From: Sulfurimonas sp. | GTDB taxonomy: Bacteria > Campylobacterota > Campylobacteria > Campylobacterales > Sulfurimonadaceae | Length of the DNA stretch: 64,000 bases | NCBI RefSeq assembly: GCF_029027405.1 | Contig: NZ_CP093396.1 | Span: 1,931,497 to 1,995,496 of the forward strand | Direction of reading: 5' to 3' | Notes under the pieces: model-generated | What the model was told of the DNA's origin: nothing | Seen by the model: only the letters and a program-made list of their open reading frames with translations | Database searches by the model: none | Translations under genes and position numbers: made by a program | In this document: positions 42,102-50,977 of the stretch, one piece after another | Numbering within the stretch: position 1 is the stretch's first letter | Layout: every line of letters starts with the position of its first letter

Positions 42102-43916
42102 ATGAGTTTACACGATCAAGAAGCATTTTTAAAATCTATTCACCCTTTTGAACTACTTACACACAAAGAGCTTACAAGAGCCGTCAATTCTATGGATATT
42201 GCTTATTATAAAAAAGATCAAGTTTTAATTTCCCCAAATCATATTTCAGAATTTTTATATTTAATTATTAAAGGTGAAGTTGGTGAGTATCATAAAGATG
42301 AGCTTATTAAGGTCTATCACAACTCCAATACCTTCGATGCCGATTCACTTATATACGATAAGACGGAGGATACTTTCACTGTTTTAGAAGAGCTTATATG
42401 TTTTGAAATGAAAAAAGAAGATTTTAAATCTTTACTAGACTCAAACGATGCTTTTAAAGAATTTTATATTAGTGATTTAGCAAATAAAATTCAATCTGCA
42501 AAACAAAAAGAATATACAACACAAATGTCAGGGTTTATGATAGCTCGCATTGTTGATTCATATCTACATGCTCCTTGTATTGTTAATGCTGATACACCTA
42601 TTATGGAAGCCTTACATAAAATGGAAGAAATCAAGACAAATTGTATCTTGGTCAAAGATAGCGATGGCTGTGGAATAGTTACAGATAGCATCCTTAGAAA
42701 ACATATTTTATATAATGATTATGATAAGAATGGACCTATTGGACCAATTGCTCTAAGACCTATTATTACTTTAGAACATGATGACTTTTTGTTTAATGCT
42801 CTGCTAGCATTTACTAAAAACTCTATAAAAAGAATTATAATTACAAAAGATGGAGAAATTCTAGGTGTATTAGAGCAACTTGATTTACTTAGCTACTTTG
42901 CAAATCACACATATCTTGTAGCTGTTCAAATTAAAAAAGCAACTTCTATTGAAGAGTTGAAACTTGCAAGTCATGATTTTATAAATATAATAAAAAAACT
43001 TCATGATAAAGGAACTAAAGTTGAGTATATCTCAAAACTTATTGCTGAGTTAAATGAGAAAGTATACGAAAAACTATATGAAATGATTGTTCCTGATGAA
43101 CTTGCTACAAATGCTTGTCTAATCGTTATGGGAAGTGAAGGCAGAAAAGAGCAGATGCTAAAAACTGACCAAGATAATGCTCTTATCATTAAAAATGGTG
43201 TTGATGTTGCCCAGTACGAAAAGTGTATGAAAGAATTTACTAAAACTCTCATAGAATTTGGATTCCCTGAATGTGAGGGAAATATTATGGTTTCAAATGA
43301 GTATTGGAGAAAAAGCTTCGATGATTTTAAAAATGAAATACTAAGATGGCTAGAAGCACCAAACAAAGATGACTACATGAATTTAGCTATCTTTTTTGAT
43401 TCTATTGCTGTTGCTGGAGATGTTAAACTGCTTGATGAACTTAAAGACATCATATATGAAAATGTAAAAGATAAAGATGTTTTTTTAGCAAACTTTGCAA
43501 AAGCAGCACTTTTATTTGAAACACCTATTGGTATGTTTACAAAACTCATCTCAACAAATGATCAAATAGATATGAAAAAAGGTGGTATCTTCCCAATTGT
43601 TCAGGGAATAAGAAGCTTGGCACTAGAAGAAGGCATAAGAGAAACAAACACGAACAATAGAATAAGGCTCTTAGCTAAAGCAAATGTATTGGATAAAGAA
43701 TTTGCTAATATAGTAGAAGAAGCCTTTGATACTCTACTAAATCTTAGACTCAAAGAGAGACTAAAAGCAATCGGGCATGAAGAAGATGCAAATAACTTCA
43801 TAGATGTGCAAAATCTAAATGACATGGAAGCAGACTTATTAAAAGATAGTTTTAAAATTGTCAATAAATTTAAAAACTTTTTATCTCATCATTTCAAAAT
43901 AAGTATGGTTGGATAA
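42102..43916 (+). CDS. cNMP-binding + CBS-pair + DUF294 nucleotidyltransferase-domain protein, copy B (paralog of 35546-37378)
   Basis: Same architecture as copy A; GSEGRKEQMLKTDQDNALI. Roughly 35-40% identity to copy A by eye. Confidence 0.85.
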   Translation: MSLHDQEAFLKSIHPFELLTHKELTRAVNSMDIAYYKKDQVLISPNHISEFLYLIIKGEVGEYHKDELIKVYHNSNTFDADSLIYDKTEDTFTVLEELICFEMKKEDFKSLLDSNDAFKEFYISDLANKIQSAKQKEYTTQMSGFMIARIVDSYLHAPCIVNADTPIMEALHKMEEIKTNCILVKDSDGCGIVTDSILRKHILYNDYDKNGPIGPIALRPIITLEHDDFLFNALLAFTKNSIKRIIITKDGEILGVLEQLDLLSYFANHTYLVAVQIKKATSIEELKLASHDFINIIKKLHDKGTKVEYISKLIAELNEKVYEKLYEMIVPDELATNACLIVMGSEGRKEQMLKTDQDNALIIKNGVDVAQYEKCMKEFTKTLIEFGFPECEGNIMVSNEYWRKSFDDFKNEILRWLEAPNKDDYMNLAIFFDSIAVAGDVKLLDELKDIIYENVKDKDVFLANFAKAALLFETPIGMFTKLISTNDQIDMKKGGIFPIVQGIRSLALEEGIRETNTNNRIRLLAKANVLDKEFANIVEEAFDTLLNLRLKERLKAIGHEEDANNFIDVQNLNDMEADLLKDSFKIVNKFKNFLSHHFKISMVG

Positions 43917-44527
43917 TGTTTGCAAAAATAAAACAACATTTCAATAGAAAGAATTTAACAAATGAAGATTACTCATTTTTATTTGATGAGGCACCAGAAG
44001 ATGAATATGTTGTATATGATACTGAAACAACAGGCTTAAATCCAAAAGTTGATGAAATATTATCTATTGGAGCTTTGAAAATTCGTGGGGATAAAATTAT
44101 TACCTCTGAGAAGTTTGAATTATTTGTTCAACCAACAAATCTTATTAGTGAAGAGAGTATTAAAATTCATCAAATAAGAAATATAGATTTGCAAAATGGA
44201 AGTAAACCTGATGAAGCTTTAGATAAATTTTTACACTTTGTTGGCTCTCGCCCTCTAATTGGGTACTATCTTGAGTTTGATGTTGCAATGATAAATAAAT
44301 ATTTAAAGCCATACCTTGGGATAACACTGCCACAAAAACAGATAGAAGTTTCTAGTATGTACTATGATTTAAAAACAAAATTTATACCAAATGCAAATAT
44401 AGATCTTAGATTTGATACAATTATGAAAGATTTAGGATTACCTATATTTGGAAAACATGACGCAACCAACGATGCTATCATGACGGCTATGATTTACCTG
44501 AAATTAAAAAACATAGATAGAATTTAA
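43916..44527 (+). CDS. DnaQ-like (DEDDh) 3'-5' exonuclease, copy B (paralog of 34933-35553)
   Basis: VYDTETTGL, HDATNDA; about 50% identical to copy A over the full length. Confidence 0.85.
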   Translation: MFAKIKQHFNRKNLTNEDYSFLFDEAPEDEYVVYDTETTGLNPKVDEILSIGALKIRGDKIITSEKFELFVQPTNLISEESIKIHQIRNIDLQNGSKPDEALDKFLHFVGSRPLIGYYLEFDVAMINKYLKPYLGITLPQKQIEVSSMYYDLKTKFIPNANIDLRFDTIMKDLGLPIFGKHDATNDAIMTAMIYLKLKNIDRI

Positions 44528-44534
44528 AACTTTA

Positions 44535-46100
44535 TTACCTCTGTTTTCCTACAAAAAATCCTCCAGCCATTCCTAATGGAACAACAGTTGTATAAAATAA
44601 AAATCTATCACTAAGTTCACTTAGTATCATCAGAATAATACTTATTCCTAATACAACACTAAGCCCTGAAAATATTGACGAACTTAAAAGTACATTTATT
44701 ATTAAAGGAAGAAAGAAACCTGAAATAACTAAACAAACAAAGCGAAAGTTGATAATCTTTTTAAAATTTTCATCATACAATCTTGCTGTTCTTAAAAGCT
44801 GATACTTATTTTCTTTGATACTTTTTAATGTTCTTAAATCTTCATAACTAAAAAATATTTGTGCAACCACGCCAAGCATTCCTAAAGATATTAAAGGAAG
44901 AGCAACAGAAGTAAAATCAAGAATTAAAGCGACAAAAGCAAGTAAAAACATTCCAATATAACTAACACCAAAAAACTTCAAATTTGTTGTTATTCTATTC
45001 CAAGATGGTCGTGCTTTAATGCGATAAATCATACTCTGAGCATAAATGCCAAAGATTCCAATAACTAAAGTTATAAACTCTACAAAGAGTCGCACACTTT
45101 GTGAAATATCTAATAAATATAAAATTACAATAATATTCATTAATGCTGTAAAAACTCCAAGAGCTAATTCCTCACGAGATAACCATGATGTTTTTATATT
45201 TTTCATTGCTGTTAGTGCTAAAAAAGGACGACCAAGATGCAGAGCAGATAAAGGGAGACCAAGGGCTGAGGGAAGCATAACTACAAGAGCCATAATAAAA
45301 TTAGGCTGTGTAAATCCAAAAAGACTTAACATATCACCTAAAAATAAAGCAAAAAATCCACCAAGAGATATTTGAGTTAAAACTGTCATAAAAACCAAAG
45401 GGAGTTCAGAATGAGCAGGTTTAAGGATATACTCATCCATCTGTTTTAAAGTTGGTAAATCTTTTGGTAGTGTATACCTAGTTGTTGATTTAGTAATATT
45501 AGCATCTGGTAAGAATGGCATATTCGCCTCTTTAAGCATATCTTCATCTAGCCATTTTTTTACATTCACAACTTCTATTTCTATCGCTCCAGATGGACAA
45601 GCTTGTACACAGGCAGGAGTTTGTCCAACATTTAAACGCTCATGACACATATGACATTTAGTAACAATTTTTCTCTCTTCATGAAATGTTGGAACACCAT
45701 AAGGACAATTCCAAGTACAGTATTGGCAACCAATACAAGTCTCATCTTTATGAACAACAATACCTGTCTCTTCTATCTTAATATACGAAGAAGTAGGACA
45801 GCCTTTTAAACATTCTGGATCTATACAATGGTTACAGCTCATTGAGTTAAAAAGTTGAGTAAAGGAAGGGAATTCTCCTCCTTCCATCTCTCCAACTCTT
45901 CTCCACTTTGTATCTGCTGGATTATTATTTTGCTCATTACAAGCGACTTCACAACATCTACAGCCAATACAAGCAGTTGCATCGAAATGAAACCTATATT
46001 GCTCACCTTTTTGGAGTTTAGGAATATCAATACTATAATTTCCACACTGCATACCTGTGTCAGCTTTATGATATATAAAACTCTCTAATGGTGTTTGCAT
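44535..46100 (-). CDS. 4x[4Fe-4S] ferredoxin (DmsB/NrfC-like) fused to an NrfD/PsrC-like polytopic membrane anchor
   Basis: Four Cys clusters (CIGCRCCEVAC, CNHCIDPECLKGCP, CIGCQYCTWNCP, CHMC...CVQACP) in the N-terminal 200 aa, followed by about 8 TM helices containing LHLGRP. Confidence 0.7.
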   Translation of the reverse strand: MQTPLESFIYHKADTGMQCGNYSIDIPKLQKGEQYRFHFDATACIGCRCCEVACNEQNNNPADTKWRRVGEMEGGEFPSFTQLFNSMSCNHCIDPECLKGCPTSSYIKIEETGIVVHKDETCIGCQYCTWNCPYGVPTFHEERKIVTKCHMCHERLNVGQTPACVQACPSGAIEIEVVNVKKWLDEDMLKEANMPFLPDANITKSTTRYTLPKDLPTLKQMDEYILKPAHSELPLVFMTVLTQISLGGFFALFLGDMLSLFGFTQPNFIMALVVMLPSALGLPLSALHLGRPFLALTAMKNIKTSWLSREELALGVFTALMNIIVILYLLDISQSVRLFVEFITLVIGIFGIYAQSMIYRIKARPSWNRITTNLKFFGVSYIGMFLLAFVALILDFTSVALPLISLGMLGVVAQIFFSYEDLRTLKSIKENKYQLLRTARLYDENFKKIINFRFVCLVISGFFLPLIINVLLSSSIFSGLSVVLGISIILMILSELSDRFLFYTTVVPLGMAGGFFVGKQR

Positions 46101-46179
46101 CTAATCTCCATTTTATTTATAGGCAAATTATACACCATATAAAACATCAATATATACAGTTTATTGATTAATCTTTTAG

Positions 46180-46965
46180 CTAGAATAAATCAGCATGACC
46201 AAAAAATATCTCTTGATTATCATTTTTTCTCATACTTTCTAAAATATTTTTTGCTTTATTTTTTGTCTCTTTATCGAAGTAAATCAACATATTTCTTGAT
46301 AAAATATAATCAAATTTTCCTAGCTTTTTAAAAGATTCATCAAATAAATTTGCTAATTTAAAAGTTACAAGATTTTTAATACTAGCATTTAAAATATATG
46401 AGTCATTATTAACATCAAAATATTTATCTATTATTTTTGATGAAAGTTTTTTAATATTTCTCTCTTTATAAATACCCTTTGTTGCTTTTTGTAAGGCATC
46501 ATTATTTATGTCTATTCCTAAAATTTTAAACTTTTTAGAACTCACTCCTGACTCAAGCAAAGCTATTGCAATACTATAAGGTTCTTCTCCAGTTGCCGAT
46601 GGGGCACAAAGTATTTTAACCTCTTGTTCACTAGTTTTTACAGTATTTACCAATTTTTCAATTTGTGCAAATTCTCGATAAAAAAATGTTTCATTAGTAG
46701 TTAAACAATCTATAAGTTCTTGTTTTATATTTTTATCTGTGCTTATCCTATTTAGTAATTTTGTAAAAGAGTTAATATCTCTTTGTTTACAAAAAATCAT
46801 AACCTTATTTTTTAAAATATCAATTTGCTTATCAAAATCAACACCCGTTTCATTTTTAAAATATCTCGCTATTATAGTGACATCAACATAGTCTGTTGGT
46901 TCTTGAACTTCTACATTTATTTGTTTTTCTTTTACTTTTTTAAAAAAATTAAACATTATAAACAA
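46180..46965 (-). CDS. CheR-type chemotaxis methyltransferase (second copy)
   Basis: FFYREFAQ and APSATGEEPYSIAIA motifs. Confidence 0.85.
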   Translation of the reverse strand: MFIMFNFFKKVKEKQINVEVQEPTDYVDVTIIARYFKNETGVDFDKQIDILKNKVMIFCKQRDINSFTKLLNRISTDKNIKQELIDCLTTNETFFYREFAQIEKLVNTVKTSEQEVKILCAPSATGEEPYSIAIALLESGVSSKKFKILGIDINNDALQKATKGIYKERNIKKLSSKIIDKYFDVNNDSYILNASIKNLVTFKLANLFDESFKKLGKFDYILSRNMLIYFDKETKNKAKNILESMRKNDNQEIFFGHADLF

Positions 46966-47555
46966 AATTCCTTTATTTTTTTCGTTATATTTTCTATATC
47001 CATAATATGAATATCTTTTACTTCTGCTCTAGCTCTACTTGGCATACCATCAACTATTGCACTATTTTCACTCTCTGTTAATGTATAATGACCTTTTAAA
47101 CTAAGTGCTTGACAAGCATCTACCCCATCTCGACCAATACCTGTTAATATGACACAGAATATCTCAATATTCTCAGAGATATTTACAAAAGAATTAAATA
47201 CTTTATTTATATCTGGATTAAAATCTGTCATATGCAAGAGTTCTTTTTTTATAAAAAATATACCTTGATTATCTTTTTCTAATTTTATGTCACCACAACA
47301 TGTGTATATCTTTCCAACTTGTAAATATTCATTATTTTGTGCAACTGATATCGTATTCTCACTATATGTCTGTAACTGTTTAGAAAAACTGCTCATGAAG
47401 CCACTAGTCATATGCTGCGCAATAACAATAGCACTATCATTAAGTATCGAAAGTTCTTTTATGATTTTTTCTATTTGTCCAGGTCCACCAGTTGATGCAC
47501 CTATAAGGAGAATTTTACGGGGGATAGAATGTTTCATTTTTTTAGAGTTAATCAT
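46956..47555 (-). CDS. CheB-type methylesterase, catalytic domain only (no receiver)
   Basis: GASTGGPG, AQHMTSGF and GIGRDG motifs; 199 aa. Confidence 0.85.
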   Translation of the reverse strand: MINSKKMKHSIPRKILLIGASTGGPGQIEKIIKELSILNDSAIVIAQHMTSGFMSSFSKQLQTYSENTISVAQNNEYLQVGKIYTCCGDIKLEKDNQGIFFIKKELLHMTDFNPDINKVFNSFVNISENIEIFCVILTGIGRDGVDACQALSLKGHYTLTESENSAIVDGMPSRARAEVKDIHIMDIENITKKIKEFCL

Positions 47556-47658
47556 ATTTTTACCTCATCTATCAGTACAAATATTATAGCACATAATCTA
47601 AAATATTTATTTTTTATATTATAATTCACTTTTCAATTTAATTATTAGGAGTTTTTTT

Positions 47659-48939
47659 ATGGCAGGTTTTAAAGATTTAAAAGGACAAGGACATACTCCA
47701 ACATTACTTATGTCGTTCTTGTATTTTGATATGAGTTTTATGGTTTGGACTATGCTTGGTCCACTTAGTACAGAAATAACTGAAGCATTAGCGCTTGGTG
47801 GTCACATAATGACAGCAGGCGAAAAAGCAACTCTACTTTCACTTCCTATACTCTCTGGTGCAATTTTAAGAATAGTCCTTGGATTTGGAGTTGATAAACT
47901 AGGTGCCAAAATGACAGCCTTAATCTCACAAGCTATTGTTATTGCTTCTCTACTAACAGCATTTTTTATGGGAGACAACATTACTTATAATGCCTTACTT
48001 ATGGTAGCTTTAGGGCTTGGTTTTGCAGGAGCTTCGTTTGCAGTTGCACTTCCACAAGCTGGTCAATGGTATCCACCAAAACTTCAAGGTGTAGTTTTAG
48101 GAATTGCTGGAGCTGGAAATATTGGTGTAGTGATTGATTTTCTTTTTGCCCCAAAAATTGCAGAAATATGGGGTTGGTCATCTGTTTTTGGTGTAGGTGC
48201 GGCAATGTCAATTATTGTTATTATCGCTTATGCTTTTATGGCAAAAGATGCCCCTTCTGATATTTATACTGCTAGACCTAAAAAAATAAAAGATTATATA
48301 AAACTTTTAGGTGATAAAGACACATGGTGGTTTTCATTCTTTTATGCTATTAGTTTTGGTGGCTTTGTAGGTTTTGCAGGATATATGAAAGTTTACCTAA
48401 TGAATACTTACAGCGTTGATATGTCTACATTTGGTTTAGAGATGCTAGATGAAGAAAATGTAAAGGTAATAGCTGGATATTTTGGTGCTTTTTGTATTTT
48501 TTCCGGTGCCGTACTTCGCCCTGTTGGTGGAAATATTGCAGATAAAATAGGTGGAGTAAAATCACTTTACTTCTTTTATGGTGCAGTTGCTATTTTAGTA
48601 ACTATAAGTGCTTTAGTTTCATTACCTTTTTATATCGCGATTTTAGTGCTATTTTTAATTATGGCTAACTTAGGTATGGCAAATGGTGCAGTTTTTCAAC
48701 TAGTGCCACAAAGATTTGGAAAAGATATTGGTATTATGACCGGACTTGTCGGTTGTGCTGGTGGACTTGGTGGAACAGCTCTTATAAAAACTCTTGGGTG
48801 GAGTAAAGGTGCTTTTGATGGCTATACAGCAGGATTTTTAATCTTTGCTTGTGTTGTTTTAGTTGCTATTATGGGACTAAGCTTAGTGAAAACTAGATGG
48901 AGAACAACTTGGGGGTTTAAATCTGGCGGTAGAATCTAG
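47659..48939 (+). CDS. MFS transporter, NarK/NNP-like nitrate/nitrite porter candidate
   Basis: 12 TM helices; GAILRIVLGFGVDKLG and GIAGAGNIGV resemble the two NNP signature motifs. Confidence 0.65.
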   Translation: MAGFKDLKGQGHTPTLLMSFLYFDMSFMVWTMLGPLSTEITEALALGGHIMTAGEKATLLSLPILSGAILRIVLGFGVDKLGAKMTALISQAIVIASLLTAFFMGDNITYNALLMVALGLGFAGASFAVALPQAGQWYPPKLQGVVLGIAGAGNIGVVIDFLFAPKIAEIWGWSSVFGVGAAMSIIVIIAYAFMAKDAPSDIYTARPKKIKDYIKLLGDKDTWWFSFFYAISFGGFVGFAGYMKVYLMNTYSVDMSTFGLEMLDEENVKVIAGYFGAFCIFSGAVLRPVGGNIADKIGGVKSLYFFYGAVAILVTISALVSLPFYIAILVLFLIMANLGMANGAVFQLVPQRFGKDIGIMTGLVGCAGGLGGTALIKTLGWSKGAFDGYTAGFLIFACVVLVAIMGLSLVKTRWRTTWGFKSGGRI

Positions 48940-48999
48940 CTTTAAAGTTCATTTATTATCTATCGCTATAATTGCCTTAAATTAAATAAAAGGCGATAG

Positions 49000-49713
49000 A
49001 TGAATACAAAAATTCTAATACTTACGATATCTTCAGCACTACTTTTAACTGCTTGTTTTGACACAAAAAAAGAAGTTAAAAAACCAGATGTTACATCACT
49101 AAAAACTCAAAAAGAAAAAGCAGCTTATGTTATTGGTACTCAGCTTGGAAAACAACTGATGATTTCTAAAGATGATATAAACCTAGATGCTATGAAACTT
49201 GGTATGAAAGATGTTTTTTCAGGAACAAAATCTAGGCTTAGTGACGACGAAATTCGTAAAACAATGGAAACATTTACCAAAGCAAAACAAAAAAGAGAAG
49301 TTGCAATGGTAGATAAATTTTCAAACCTTAACATAAAAGAAGGAAAAGCATATCTTCAAGCTAACAAGAAAAAAGATGGTGTAATAACTCTTGAAAGTGG
49401 ACTTCAATACAGCGTAATCAAAAAAGGAACAGGAAAATCTCCAAAACTAACAGATACGGTAGTAACTCACTATCATGGAACTTTAATTGATGGAACTGTT
49501 TTTGATAGCTCTTATGATAGAGGTGAAACTGTAAGTTTCCCTGTAAATGCTGTTATAAAAGGTTGGACAGAAGCTTTACAAAAAATGAAAGTTGGAAGTA
49601 AATGGCATCTAGTTATTCCAGCAGAACTAGCTTATGGAAAAAGAGGGGCACCCCCTAGCATAGGTCCAGATGCTACACTTGTTTTTGATGTTGAACTATT
49701 AGAAATTAAGTAA
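49000..49713 (+). CDS. FKBP-type peptidyl-prolyl cis-trans isomerase (FkpA/Mip-like lipoprotein)
   Basis: Lipobox LLLTAC; FKBP domain YHGTLIDGTVFDSS...GWTEAL...LVIPAELAYG. Confidence 0.9.
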   Translation: MNTKILILTISSALLLTACFDTKKEVKKPDVTSLKTQKEKAAYVIGTQLGKQLMISKDDINLDAMKLGMKDVFSGTKSRLSDDEIRKTMETFTKAKQKREVAMVDKFSNLNIKEGKAYLQANKKKDGVITLESGLQYSVIKKGTGKSPKLTDTVVTHYHGTLIDGTVFDSSYDRGETVSFPVNAVIKGWTEALQKMKVGSKWHLVIPAELAYGKRGAPPSIGPDATLVFDVELLEIK

Positions 49714-50905
49714 GTTTTTTTATAAAAACAACTTTTAAATAGTTGCCCTCTTTAAACTTTGGATTTACTCTAAAGTCTTGTGCAAGAGAAAAACTCTCTT
49801 GCACTTGAAATCTTCCTCTTAACTCTTTAAACGCTCTTGAAATAAAATCTCTAAAAGTCATCATCGAAAAATTTGCAGAATTAGTAGATGCTACTATAAT
49901 CCCATTTTTAGAAGTTATTTGTATAGCTTCTTTTAAAAGTTTTACATAATCTTTTGAAGCAGAAAATGTATGTTTTTTACTTCTTGCAAAACTTGGTGGG
50001 TCAAGCACAACTAAATCAAAAGATAACTTTTTTCGTACAGCATATTTAAAATAATTAAACACATCTTCTACAATAATATCTTGTGCAGATGCGTCTATGT
50101 TGTTTATGCTAAATTGCTCTGTAGTTTTAGGCAAACTTCTTTTTGCTAAGTCAACACTTGTTGTTTTGCTTGCTCCTCCAAGAGATGCAAATACTGAAAA
50201 AGCTCCCGTATATGAGAATGTATTTAGAGTTGTTTTTCCTTTTGCATATTTATCTCGCAGGGTTTTTCTAACTTCTCTTTGGTCTAAAAAAACACCAACC
50301 ATTGCACCATCATCTAAATGAATTGCAAAATTAACATCATTTTCTTTAACTATTAAAGGAGTAGATGCTTTTGCCCCACAAACAAAATCATCTGAATCAT
50401 CAAGATATTTTCCCTTAGTGTCAAACCTCTTTTTTTGATAGATGCCCTTATATTTCACTACTTCTTTAAGTGCTTTTAATATCTCTTGTTTAAATACATA
50501 GATGCCCTCAGAATACCAAGTAAGCAGATAATATCCATCAAAATAATCAATACTTAAGCCACCAACGCCATCTCCTTCAGCATTAAAAACTCTAAAAGCT
50601 GTTGTTGATTTATCGGAGAAAAAATCTTCTCTATATTTTATAGCATCTATAAATTTTTTTTCAAAAAAAGAACTATCTATTTTTTCATCTTTTTTTAAAG
50701 ATAAAATCCAACCGTATCCTTTATTTTGAATGCCATAATAAGCTTGCGCAATAAACTTTTTCTTAGCATCTACTAAGTTAAATATTTGACCTTGTTCTTT
50801 TAATGTATCTAGGTTTGAGATAGACTCTTTAGATAAAAGTGGATATCCATCTTTGTAACTTTGTATAAATTCTGATTTTACGATTAAATCTATGTTTTGA
50901 CTCAT
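49706..50905 (-). CDS. 23S rRNA m5C methyltransferase RlmI-like (PUA + class I MTase)
   Basis: N-terminal PUA-like region and the DPPSFARSK motif. Confidence 0.8.
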   Translation of the reverse strand: MSQNIDLIVKSEFIQSYKDGYPLLSKESISNLDTLKEQGQIFNLVDAKKKFIAQAYYGIQNKGYGWILSLKKDEKIDSSFFEKKFIDAIKYREDFFSDKSTTAFRVFNAEGDGVGGLSIDYFDGYYLLTWYSEGIYVFKQEILKALKEVVKYKGIYQKKRFDTKGKYLDDSDDFVCGAKASTPLIVKENDVNFAIHLDDGAMVGVFLDQREVRKTLRDKYAKGKTTLNTFSYTGAFSVFASLGGASKTTSVDLAKRSLPKTTEQFSINNIDASAQDIIVEDVFNYFKYAVRKKLSFDLVVLDPPSFARSKKHTFSASKDYVKLLKEAIQITSKNGIIVASTNSANFSMMTFRDFISRAFKELRGRFQVQESFSLAQDFRVNPKFKEGNYLKVVFIKKLT

Positions 50906-50977
50906 ATTTATGCAACCTTCTAAGAAATTATAGTATAAATTTTGATAAAATATTTCATACTAAAATAAAAGAGATTT

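Noticed and set aside
34933-44527. The idea that the mirrored modules are a recent inverted duplication.
   Set aside because: The transporter pairs belong to different subfamilies (ActP/DUF485 versus VC2705/DUF4212). The sensor and exonuclease paralogs are only about 35-50% identical, and there is no nucleotide-level repeat.
45046-46088. Three short ORFs inside the ferredoxin-NrfD fusion gene.
   Set aside because: They are embedded in a CDS with strong Fe-S and TM signatures and have no independent signals.
48940-48999. 9-bp inverted repeat atctatcgc...gcgatagat between the narK-like gene and fkbp as a terminator.
   Set aside because: The loop is about 26 nt and there is no T-tract, so it is unlikely to be an efficient intrinsic terminator.
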